The position numbers and the translations under genes were made by a program. The notes below the pieces were generated by a model that ran no database searches, had not been told where the DNA came from, and saw only the letters and a list, made by a program, of their open reading frames with translations. From NCBI GenBank assembly GCA_049512935.1, contig JBEKWR010000001.1:32001-96000 (forward strand): DNA of 64,000 bases. The letters are read 5' to 3'. Of this stretch, positions 29,637-37,558 are shown in pieces. This DNA is from Candidatus Bathyarchaeia archaeon. Lineage in GTDB: Archaea > Thermoproteota > Bathyarchaeia > Bathyarchaeales > Bathycorpusculaceae. Position 1 is the first letter of the stretch, and every line of letters begins with the position of its first letter.

Positions 29637-31151
29637 GTGAAAAGTGACATGGAAGAATCGCTAAAGAAGCTGGATGCGTTCTTTAACCCACGCTCCGTAG
29701 CCGTGATCGGCGCGACAAAAAAAATTGACAAAGCAGGCCACGTCATCTTCAAAAATTTCTCAACAAGCAAACTGCGCGGCGTCTACAAGGGAGAGCTCTA
29801 CCCAGTCAACCCAAATGAAGATTCAATCTTGGGCTTCAAGTGCTACAAGACCTTAACTGAGGTTCCCGGCGATGTCGATTTGATTATCATCATTATTCCA
29901 GCAGCAGCCGTTCTAGGCGTGATGGAGGAGGCAGCGGCTAAAAACGTGAAAGCCTGCATCATAATCACCGCTGGCTTCAAGGAAGTTGGAAACGTGGAGC
30001 TTGAAGAGCAAGTGGTCGCGATCGCCAAGAAAGGCGGAATACGCGTTTTAGGACCCAACTGCTTAGGGGTTTACTACTCGAAAACGGGCATCGACAGCCT
30101 TTTCCTTCCCGAAACCAAAACTCTCTCGACGGGCGACGAGGTTGTCGCGACGCCAAGGCCTATGCCTGGGAACATCGCGATGATTACGCAGAGCGGCGCC
30201 TTCGGCTCGGCAGCCCTGGACTACTTGACTGGCAGGCAGATGGGCGTCAGCAAATTCGTAAGCTTCGGCAACAAATGCGACGTGAACGAGTCAGACATAC
30301 TCTATTATCTGCTTCATGACGAAGAAACCCATGTGACGCTCATGTACTTGGAAGATGTCAAGGATGGGCGCGAATTCATGGAAATCGCCAAGAAAGTTAC
30401 CCTCAAAAAACCCGTCGTCGTAATAAAGACGGGAAGAAGCTCTGCAGGCGCACGCGCCGCAGCTTCGCACACGGGTGCCATCGCTGGGTCAGACAAGATC
30501 TACGACGCCGCCTTTGAGCAGACTGGGGTAATAAGGGCAAACGATATGGAGGAGTTTTTCGACATGGGAAAAGCCCTCGCTATGCAGCCGCCAGCTGTCG
30601 GCAGAAACATGGGTATTCTCACCGACGCGGGTGGACCGGGCGTCATGACCGTGGACGAATGCGAATTCCTCGGCTTAACAGTGAACAAATTCACGCCTGA
30701 CATACTTCAGGAGTTCCAGCAGCTTAAGGACACAAATCAAATCCTCAAAATCTCCGCGACGGCAAACCCCGTTGACCTCACCGGCTCCGTCACCGACGAC
30801 CAGTTCGTGATTTCAGCGGACCTTATGTTTCGGGATCCAGAAATCAACGGCATAATATTGCTTGGGCTCCATCACATGCCTGGGCTGCGTGAAAAGTACA
30901 TTGACGGCATCGTCATGATCGCGTCGAGGTACAACAAACCCATCGTTATGTGCGACATCGGCGAAACAGAAATGGCGCTCTACACCCGCTCCAGGTTCGA
31001 CAGGCTCAGCGTTCCATCGTATCCTTCGCCTGAGGCTGCTGCCCGAGCGATGAAGGCGCTGGTGACCTACGGCGAATACCTTGCGAAGTATGGCGCTGTA
31101 GACGAACGCATCGCTTTCATAAAAAAGAACTGCAATGCAGTCACACAGTAA
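29637..31151 (+). CDS. acdA: ADP-forming acyl-CoA synthetase, alpha subunit
   Basis: SVAVIGAT, YPVNP, LGPNCLG, QSG, ASHTG phospho-His, NPVDLTG. Confidence 0.92.
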   Translation: MKSDMEESLKKLDAFFNPRSVAVIGATKKIDKAGHVIFKNFSTSKLRGVYKGELYPVNPNEDSILGFKCYKTLTEVPGDVDLIIIIIPAAAVLGVMEEAAAKNVKACIIITAGFKEVGNVELEEQVVAIAKKGGIRVLGPNCLGVYYSKTGIDSLFLPETKTLSTGDEVVATPRPMPGNIAMITQSGAFGSAALDYLTGRQMGVSKFVSFGNKCDVNESDILYYLLHDEETHVTLMYLEDVKDGREFMEIAKKVTLKKPVVVIKTGRSSAGARAAASHTGAIAGSDKIYDAAFEQTGVIRANDMEEFFDMGKALAMQPPAVGRNMGILTDAGGPGVMTVDECEFLGLTVNKFTPDILQEFQQLKDTNQILKISATANPVDLTGSVTDDQFVISADLMFRDPEINGIILLGLHHMPGLREKYIDGIVMIASRYNKPIVMCDIGETEMALYTRSRFDRLSVPSYPSPEAAARAMKALVTYGEYLAKYGAVDERIAFIKKNCNAVTQ

Positions 31152-31527
31152 CCATGACGCCGACTTCGCTGCCGTCCCTCAACCCGAAGCGTTCCCGCAA
31201 ATTCACGGCGGCAACAACCTCCAATTCATCCTGAGGATAGCTTGGGATCTGCGGGATGATGAATGCGCAACTCAAGTTTTTTATTTTCGCCTTGATCAAA
31301 ATTCCCGTGCAGTAGCCTTCTTCAGGCTTAATCTCAAATTTCTCCGCTTCCTCTAGCAGCTTCTTCTTTTTGGCGCTTTCTTTTGTCAGGCGGATGTTTA
31401 GGGTTCCAGCGTAAGGTGTGAAACCGAGTTTTTCCTGTATCTGCCGCGTGACCCATGGCAGGCTGATGAATTTTCGTCCGTCGCCGTTGCCTGAAAAAAC
31501 CGTGCCCCTCAGGGTTAACTGCGGCAA
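31141..31527 (-). CDS. ribK: CTP-dependent riboflavin kinase
   Basis: G.VFSG.GDG, LGFTPYAGTLN, LEVVA..NLR. Confidence 0.9.
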   Translation of the reverse strand: MPQLTLRGTVFSGNGDGRKFISLPWVTRQIQEKLGFTPYAGTLNIRLTKESAKKKKLLEEAEKFEIKPEEGYCTGILIKAKIKNLSCAFIIPQIPSYPQDELEVVAAVNLRERFGLRDGSEVGVMVTV

Positions 31528-31548
31528 AAAACTGCCTTCAGCTTGGGC

Positions 31549-31929
31549 TTACTTCGGCTGTTCTTTTAGCCACTGCGCAACCTGCTTCAGAACGGGATCC
31601 GAGGAAATGTCCACGACTGGAACAATCATCTTCTCCTTCGTCTCGATGATCGGCATGTACTTCGGCATAAGCGCGTAGCCGACAAACGTCCAGTAGACCT
31701 TGCGGTTCTCCAGCAGCTCCCTCGCCACCGCCGTTGTTGAGGCGGGAAGCGGAAAATACAGGAAAACGACGCCTTCAACCCAGTACAGCCCTGCCAGTTT
31801 GCCGCCTGCGATGACGCTGGTGAAGCGGGCGATGTCTTCGGGCGTGTTGAAGTAGGTTTTCTCCATGACGACGATTTCTTTGAAAGGTGAATAGGAAATG
31901 CTTACTTCGGGTTTGCTCATAACACTCAT
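31549..31929 (-). CDS. Conserved archaeal hypothetical protein
   Basis: Core-like base composition; LYWVEGVVF motif; same strand as and just upstream of ribK. Confidence 0.7.
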   Translation of the reverse strand: MSVMSKPEVSISYSPFKEIVVMEKTYFNTPEDIARFTSVIAGGKLAGLYWVEGVVFLYFPLPASTTAVARELLENRKVYWTFVGYALMPKYMPIIETKEKMIVPVVDISSDPVLKQVAQWLKEQPK

Positions 31930-32084
31930 CTCTTGGCTGGGTAGCTACTGTGTCGGCGGTTCCCTTTTAATATTGCCTTAAACCTTTTTGCCGCGCGCCT
32001 TAACTGGCGTGCTTCGTTACAAAATAGTGTTTCCAGCAAGTTTAAGCATTACTGACCCCAAGGATATTGCTTGGAGCCGTTTGG

Positions 32085-32354
32085 ATGGTTGAAGTTGTCT
32101 CCGTTACAAAGAAGGGGCAAGTGACAATACCCAAAAGGTTGAGAGATAAGTACAGCATCAAAAACAAGGTAATCTTCGAAGAAAACGAATGCGGCCTTGT
32201 CCTAAAACCAGTACCTACCCCCGCTGACTTAATGGGTTCATTCAAACCGTACGCCAATGGCAAGACAGCCCGCCAACTGCTAGATGAATCTCGAGAAGAA
32301 GAATTCGCCAACGAAAAGGAACTGATGAAACGTGTCCGAAAGGCTAACATTTGA
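32085..32354 (+). CDS. AbrB/MazE-family (VapB) antitoxin
   Basis: VTKKGQVTIPKRLRDKY. Confidence 0.92.
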   Translation: MVEVVSVTKKGQVTIPKRLRDKYSIKNKVIFEENECGLVLKPVPTPADLMGSFKPYANGKTARQLLDESREEEFANEKELMKRVRKANI

Positions 32355-32735
32355 TTCTGAACCCATCTTAGCCTTCTTCCTTGGCGAACCTGGCTCTGAA
32401 CCCGTTGCAAACTGCCTGTCTAAAATTCAAAACAAAGAAGCACAAGGCTTCATCAAGTAATCAACCTAGCCGAAGTCTACTACAGCCTTTACCGCTTGAA
32501 TCCCGTGCTGGCAGATGAAAACTGCCGCGCACTAAGCAGCCTCGGCTTAACCGTTCTCCCAGTTGAAAACGATGACTTATGGCGTAATGCAGCAAAAATC
32601 AAAGCCCAGCACCCCATGTCGCTTGCAGACGCCTTCGCAGTAACAACCGCCCAAGCCTACAAAACCAAACTAGTTGTCGGCAGCGACAGAGAATTTAGGG
32701 GAGCAAACAAAAACCTGCTACGAATACGAAAATGA
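32332..32735 (+). pseudogene. VapC PIN toxin with a 1-nt frameshift at about 32456
   Basis: GTG SERLTFDSEPILAFFLGEPG...GFIK* then, in another frame, VINLAEVYY...SLADAFA...GSDREF. Confidence 0.85.
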
Positions 32736-32772
32736 AATCATACGCAGATACGATAAAAACAAATTTCTAAAT

Positions 32773-32805
32773 CTGTATGACAAGTCTTCCTGTATGGCAA
32801 GTCTT
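32773..32805. promoter_or_regulatory. Tandem 16-bp direct repeat CTGTATGRCAAGTCTT abutting a TATA-like sequence
   Basis: 32773-32788 and 32790-32805, 15/16 identical, followed by TTAAATT. Confidence 0.55.
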
Positions 32806-32853
32806 AAATTCGAAACGAACTAAATGTAAAGGCTTGAGAGTGGCTCAAAAAAC

Positions 32854-33441
32854 ATGAGCGCCACAACAAAAGCTAAAATTAACTTGAAAGATGGCATTAT
32901 TGAACTTGAAGGCAGTGAAAACTTCGTAACAAAACAACTTGATAATTTTGCGCAGAAAATTGGAAATTTGACTTCCCCTTTTCCTCAACCGCCCAAACCT
33001 GACACCGATGAAACAGGAAATGACGCTTCGCAGGGGGCAGCCGTAGATGAAAAGAGAAGAAGAAAGAAAAATGCAACTCCACGAATTGTTCCGCCGCTCC
33101 CGTTGGACCTTAAAAAAACAAACGAAAGACCCTCCTTAAAGGAATTCTATGACCAAAAGAAACCCAAAACGGACATGGAAAGAGCGACGGTTTTTGCCTA
33201 TTATCTTAAAAGATACTTAAACATTAAAAAAATTGAACCTGGACACGTTGTTTCTTGCTGTAAAGACGTTTCTGCGAAAGTCCCCAGTGACATTGGCATG
33301 ACATTTTACAATGCTCAAAATCTCTACGCATGGTTACAATTAGATGAAACAGGTAAAGCTGAGATTTCAATTCAAGGGGAAAACATGGTAGAATCTCTGC
33401 CGAGAAAGAAAGATGTTAGCAAAGATAAGACAACAGCTTGA
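32854..33441 (+). CDS. Hypothetical protein, probable C-terminal winged-helix domain; partner of the HEPN-like gene
   Basis: IELEGSENFV N-terminus, basic linker, KKPKT..ERATVFAYYL...IS..GEN; overlaps the next gene by 29 nt. Confidence 0.65.
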   Translation: MSATTKAKINLKDGIIELEGSENFVTKQLDNFAQKIGNLTSPFPQPPKPDTDETGNDASQGAAVDEKRRRKKNATPRIVPPLPLDLKKTNERPSLKEFYDQKKPKTDMERATVFAYYLKRYLNIKKIEPGHVVSCCKDVSAKVPSDIGMTFYNAQNLYAWLQLDETGKAEISIQGENMVESLPRKKDVSKDKTTA

Positions 33442-34204
33442 GCAGACCTTTAGTCAAGAATTGCTTGATAAACTATTAGATGAATACCAATTAGTTAATG
33501 AGAATTATTATCTCGGCCATTACAGACCATGTAGTCTTAATGCTGGACGCTTTGCAGAAGTGGCATTGAGAATGCTTCAACAATTAACAACCGGAGCATT
33601 TACACCTCTTGGAGAGCAAATAACAAAATTCAGCAATGAAGTTTTGACTTTGGAAAAAGCTGACTCAAACAGTTTTCCTCAATCTCTTCGAATACAAATT
33701 CCTCGAACGCTTCAAATCATGTACGACATTCGAAACAAAAGAGATATTGGTCATGTCGGAGGGGACGTAAATGCAAATTATACCGATGCAACACTCTCCT
33801 TAACCTGCTGCAATTGGGTTATGACTGAATTTATTAGGATTTATTTTACTACGAACATCGACACCGCTCAAAAAATGGTTAATTCTATCATTAAAGTAAG
33901 AATACCTCTTATCCAAGATTTCAATGGTTTTTTAAAAGTTTTAGACCCCAAGCTGAGTGTTCCTGACAAGATAATGGCTCTTCTCTACTATCGCGATAAT
34001 GAAGGCGCGTCTGTCGACGAGCTAGACAATTGGTTTAAAGAACAAACTTCACTTAACTACATCAAAACGGCACTTGGCAGACTGGAACATGATAGAGCTT
34101 TCATTCACATAGACGAGATTTCGGAGAATTGGGTTCAAAATATATGTTTAATCACTGAAACTGGAAAAAGATACGTTGAACAAAACATTGAACTATCCAT
34201 CTAA
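33413..34204 (+). CDS. HEPN-like RNase with C-terminal wHTH (putative defence effector)
   Basis: GRFAE helix, RNKRDIGH (Rx4-6H) motif, ITETGKRYVE wing end. Confidence 0.7.
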   Translation: MLAKIRQQLEQTFSQELLDKLLDEYQLVNENYYLGHYRPCSLNAGRFAEVALRMLQQLTTGAFTPLGEQITKFSNEVLTLEKADSNSFPQSLRIQIPRTLQIMYDIRNKRDIGHVGGDVNANYTDATLSLTCCNWVMTEFIRIYFTTNIDTAQKMVNSIIKVRIPLIQDFNGFLKVLDPKLSVPDKIMALLYYRDNEGASVDELDNWFKEQTSLNYIKTALGRLEHDRAFIHIDEISENWVQNICLITETGKRYVEQNIELSI

Positions 34205-34251
34205 CCCTCTTAGTTCATTCGTAGGATAAGCTGTTAACGTGAAGATAAGTT

Positions 34252-34638
34252 CTATTTTCGGGTCGAGGTCTTATGCGGACGTATTTCTTGTAGCCTATCA
34301 TACAGAGATTTCGCTGAGCTTTTCTTTGCGCGCCGAGGATACGGTCCTGAGTCGCTTCTTGCCCAGATTATTTTGTTCTCAATAATCCAATAGTGTGATT
34401 GACAGGCAAGGCTAAAATTTCCGATTGATGGCTTCAATGTTACCGTTTCTCCATTCCACGTTAGAAACCAGTCCTTAGGCTTGATGGGTGTTACCACAAT
34501 TTCTCCACACCCACAGGGACACTTATGGACCGCAGTCGCGTAAGGTATTGAGATATAGAGAACTCCATCCGCCACATCTTCAGGAATGTAACGAACAAAC
34601 TTAGGTTTAATCGTCGTTATTTTCATCAGGTATTTCAT
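34252..34638 (-). CDS. DUF6527-like Cys/His-rich protein
   Basis: HKCPCGCG...W.L...TL.PSIGN...CQSHYWI....I.W. Confidence 0.85.
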   Translation of the reverse strand: MKYLMKITTIKPKFVRYIPEDVADGVLYISIPYATAVHKCPCGCGEIVVTPIKPKDWFLTWNGETVTLKPSIGNFSLACQSHYWIIENKIIWARSDSGPYPRRAKKSSAKSLYDRLQEIRPHKTSTRK

Positions 34639-35800
34639 CGTTTGTTAGTGCGTTTGTAGAGATGCCATAGGTAATATTATTTTCGTGCCCAAAGTCAACG
34701 TAAAATCCCCTTATTTTCTTCCACTTTATTACTGCAAGGGCAGCATTTAGCGCATTCATATCCGCAATTTGAATATTCTGTGAATAGTCATCTTCGTTAT
34801 CCTCTCCGAAATTTATTCTTCTTGCAACATGTTCTTGAAAAGCTGGTGAAACGAAAGTTACTCGGGAATTTCCGCTCAAAGACCCATTCTGCACATACAT
34901 TCCAATCCCTACATCAACGAATGGGATTTTGTTTCCAATAAGATATTCAACAATGGCTTTTTTATGCGTGCCTTCGATGCAAAGAAAAACAAACTCCATT
35001 TGCTTTAATTCACTAACATTATCTTCATTAATGAACTGAGAATGCGGAAATATGTTCTTTCGCATACGCGAATAAATCTCACTAAACCATTGAACTTTTT
35101 TTTGCTTTTTTAATAAATCATCTTTCGACGGAGCGCCAGGAGAGCGAAAAGCATTGTGTTGAAAAAAATCATCTCCATCAAATAGGTGAATCTCTGTAAT
35201 TGGTGTCTTAGCAACCAGATCCAAAACATATGCTCCAGTGCCACCCAAGCCTACGATAGCAATCTTGCCGTTCTTAAGTTTGTCATTTACAGCTGAAATT
35301 CCAGCACGACTGGTTGCAGTATCTAGGTAACAAAAGACGGACTCTTGGTCATCAGAGTCGGTAACGTGAAAGGTTTGCGCAGTAGCGTTCGGGTCAAGGG
35401 CTCGTGCTTGTCCTTCGAGTATTTTTATGTAAGTTCTCATTTTTTCACAATAATCTGCATAACCTTGTGGACCTGGTTTCTGGGAGAAGGAAAAATTCGC
35501 AATAATTCCTGCTCTTATCTGCAGATTCTTGTTTTTTTCGTTAATGAGGTTCTCCATTTGCGAACCATTCGAGTCACACGGGTAGTCTCCTACCCAAAAT
35601 ACAACATGATTCTGTGGTTTTATTGTCTTATCACCAGAAAGGTCAAGGGCTGAGACCAATATTCCATGGACTACCTTCTTGTCAGCATTTACGTATGGAA
35701 CATTACCAATTAAGAGATAAGCCCCTTCCACACTTACCTCGTAACCATCGTCACGAAGTCGCTTAAGGTCCGGATTAAGACTTATCAGTCCGGGTGACAT
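34607..35800 (-). CDS. E2-like (DUF6791-like) N-terminal domain fused to a ThiF/E1 adenylation domain
   Basis: IAIVGLGGTG, FDGD...HNAFR, NIQIADMNALNA; N-terminal DLKRLRDDGY..VPYVN..HVVFWVGDYPCD. Confidence 0.85.
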   Translation of the reverse strand: MSPGLISLNPDLKRLRDDGYEVSVEGAYLLIGNVPYVNADKKVVHGILVSALDLSGDKTIKPQNHVVFWVGDYPCDSNGSQMENLINEKNKNLQIRAGIIANFSFSQKPGPQGYADYCEKMRTYIKILEGQARALDPNATAQTFHVTDSDDQESVFCYLDTATSRAGISAVNDKLKNGKIAIVGLGGTGAYVLDLVAKTPITEIHLFDGDDFFQHNAFRSPGAPSKDDLLKKQKKVQWFSEIYSRMRKNIFPHSQFINEDNVSELKQMEFVFLCIEGTHKKAIVEYLIGNKIPFVDVGIGMYVQNGSLSGNSRVTFVSPAFQEHVARRINFGEDNEDDYSQNIQIADMNALNAALAVIKWKKIRGFYVDFGHENNITYGISTNALTNDEIPDENNDD

Positions 35801-36053
35801 CGAAAACCATGCCGCCCTTTACAAACACGCTCTGCCCTTGGACAAGAGTCCCTTGGCGGTTCTCCTTTGGTCCGCGACTATACTGAACCGTAAAAATTTC
35901 AGTAGGCTTGTGAGGAGAAGCGAATGCCAAATCGACTGCTTGCGAATAGCTAATTTTATCCTCATCCCACGGTTTAAGCGTAGCATTAACGATAATTTCA
36001 TATTTTTTGTGATCCGCAGACGTTTTAATTTCCCCTCGGAACAATTGACTCAA
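35775..36053 (-). CDS. Ubiquitin-like (multi-ubiquitin domain family) protein
   Basis: IIVN...ISYSQAVDLAF...FTVQYSRGP..N..GTL..GQSV.VK.GMVFDVT.TDKS beta-grasp pattern. Confidence 0.85.
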   Translation of the reverse strand: MSQLFRGEIKTSADHKKYEIIVNATLKPWDEDKISYSQAVDLAFASPHKPTEIFTVQYSRGPKENRQGTLVQGQSVFVKGGMVFDVTRTDKS

Positions 36054-36211
36054 TTGGTTGGTTGGCAGAAATAAACTTTTGCTTGCTACTCAAAGTTTTT
36101 ATTAGCAAAAGTATAACAAAATAGCAAGATTATTGCCAGCAATCTCAACTTTTTTGGTTTGACGCAATTTACTAATTATTTTCATTTTTTGACCACTTAG
36201 TTTAGAAAAGT

Positions 36212-36241
36212 TAGCGTAGGTGGACATTAAGCCTTCACTTA
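36212..36241. repeat. Direct-repeat copy of the ino1 upstream sequence
   Basis: TAGCGTAGGTGGACATTAAGCCTTCACTTA versus TAGCGTAGGCGAACATTAAGCCTTCACTTA at 37497-37526 (28/30). Confidence 0.8.
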
Positions 36242-36355
36242 CGCAAACGTTTGACTGGTTACGGTTTTAGCGGGCTCCCCCTTTGAAGCCGTAAGCATTG
36301 ATAAATCTTATATACGGTTTAGAGCGCAATCTAGGAAAAGCTGAGTGCCCATTCA

Positions 36356-36790
36356 TTGGTTGTACGTAAGATATGTGAGGGCGATTGTTGCCAAGAGTTT
36401 ACAACTGGTGAAGCCAAGTTTGATCTAGATGAACATGGAAATCTGATACCGCTTTCGTTTTATCTAGATCGGGACCGTTCAGGGCAATATCAGTCATTCG
36501 TTTACGAGGAAAATGGTGAAGTTATCGGCGTTTTGTGTGTAGAAATAACGGAAAATTTGCTTTATCTAAGCCGAATTGGCATCAAAAACACGTATAGGAA
36601 TCAGCATAAGGGATATTATTTGCATAAGTATATGATGGATTTAGTGCAAGAAAAAAGAATTAAGGCAATATCAGCAATGGCACATTATGGTGTTTTCGGC
36701 TGGTTTGAAGACCTTGGATACCGCAAAGTCCACGAATACAACGACCCATTATGGGGAAAATCGGCGCTTATGCTTTTGCTTATTGGCTAA
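36356..36790 (+). CDS. GNAT-family acetyltransferase
   Basis: FVYEENGEVIG, YLSRIGI...YRNQHKG (motif A variant), WFEDLGY. Confidence 0.8.
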   Translation: MVVRKICEGDCCQEFTTGEAKFDLDEHGNLIPLSFYLDRDRSGQYQSFVYEENGEVIGVLCVEITENLLYLSRIGIKNTYRNQHKGYYLHKYMMDLVQEKRIKAISAMAHYGVFGWFEDLGYRKVHEYNDPLWGKSALMLLLIG

Positions 36791-37089
36791 GTATCTGTTA
36801 TCGGTTTTGAGGTAACTAGTTCACCCATTTTATCTGACCAGCAATCTTTGCAAATTACGCCATACTTAGGTGTATCTATCTTTATGTCTTCAGCTTTAAA
36901 CGAGGAGTGGCATAGTTCGCATACTGTTGCGCTCCTAATCTGGTAATTGTTGATTGCTTTTACAATTTCTGGATTCTCACGCAAGCAAGTCTCTATTAAC
37001 CTACTTTTTGAAACTGTCTTGTCAGTCGATAGCTTACTGAGCGCTTGATCAAGTTCCTTTGAGATGGATATGGCTATTTTATTGACCAA
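36787..37089 (-). CDS. RHH/CopG-type regulator with C-terminal CxxC..CxxC zinc finger
   Basis: KIAISISKEL...SKSRLIE; CELC...CKDC; SD GGAGGT. Confidence 0.75.
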   Translation of the reverse strand: MVNKIAISISKELDQALSKLSTDKTVSKSRLIETCLRENPEIVKAINNYQIRSATVCELCHSSFKAEDIKIDTPKYGVICKDCWSDKMGELVTSKPITDT

Positions 37090-37105
37090 TTTCTTACCTC
37101 CGTCA

Positions 37106-37126
37106 TACCATAGTATTACTATGGTA
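37106..37126. promoter_or_regulatory. Perfect palindromic operator candidate
   Basis: TACCATAGTA-T-TACTATGGTA between the TATA-like box (about 37140) and the SD of the RHH gene. Confidence 0.7.
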
Positions 37127-37222
37127 ATAACTATTCCCTTATTTAAGTTTGTGTATAGCTAATGCTACAACAGACTTTCCGATGTTGCTAAATCTAGAGA
37201 TAATTAGGATTTTAACTACGAC

Positions 37223-37372
37223 ATGACAACCTTCAAGGCTTTTTCCAGCGGAAGAACGGCGAGGCAACTCTTAGAAGAGGCGCGAAAAGAGGAATTCGTC
37301 CAAGATAAGAAACTGGAAGAGCTTGCCAAAAAGTATCTCAAGAGGCAGCAATCACACCATTTGCACGGTTAA
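37223..37372 (+). pseudogene. C-terminal remnant of a VapB antitoxin paralog
   Basis: FKAFSSGRTARQLLEEARKEEF matches FKPYANGKTARQLLDESREEEF of 32085-32354. Confidence 0.75.
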
Positions 37373-37558
37373 CCTCCAAATGTAGGCTGCGAGTGTATTG
37401 ACTTTCTCTATCTACTTTCTGTATTGACACCCGCCCCCTATCGGGGGTTGTTGCATGCGCACACTCAATTCGAGGTTTGGGGTTGGGAAAAAGTTATAGC
37501 GTAGGCGAACATTAAGCCTTCACTTAACGTAAATAGGACTTGGGATGGTTATCTTTCG

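Noticed and set aside
34607-35800. Housekeeping ThiF/MoeB/UbaA or CBASS Cap2
   Set aside because: No CxxC zinc motifs, no GG-ending sulfur carrier, and no cyclase or JAB gene nearby.
32000-37550. Provirus or IS element
   Set aside because: No integrase, transposase, capsid, packaging or replication gene is recognisable.
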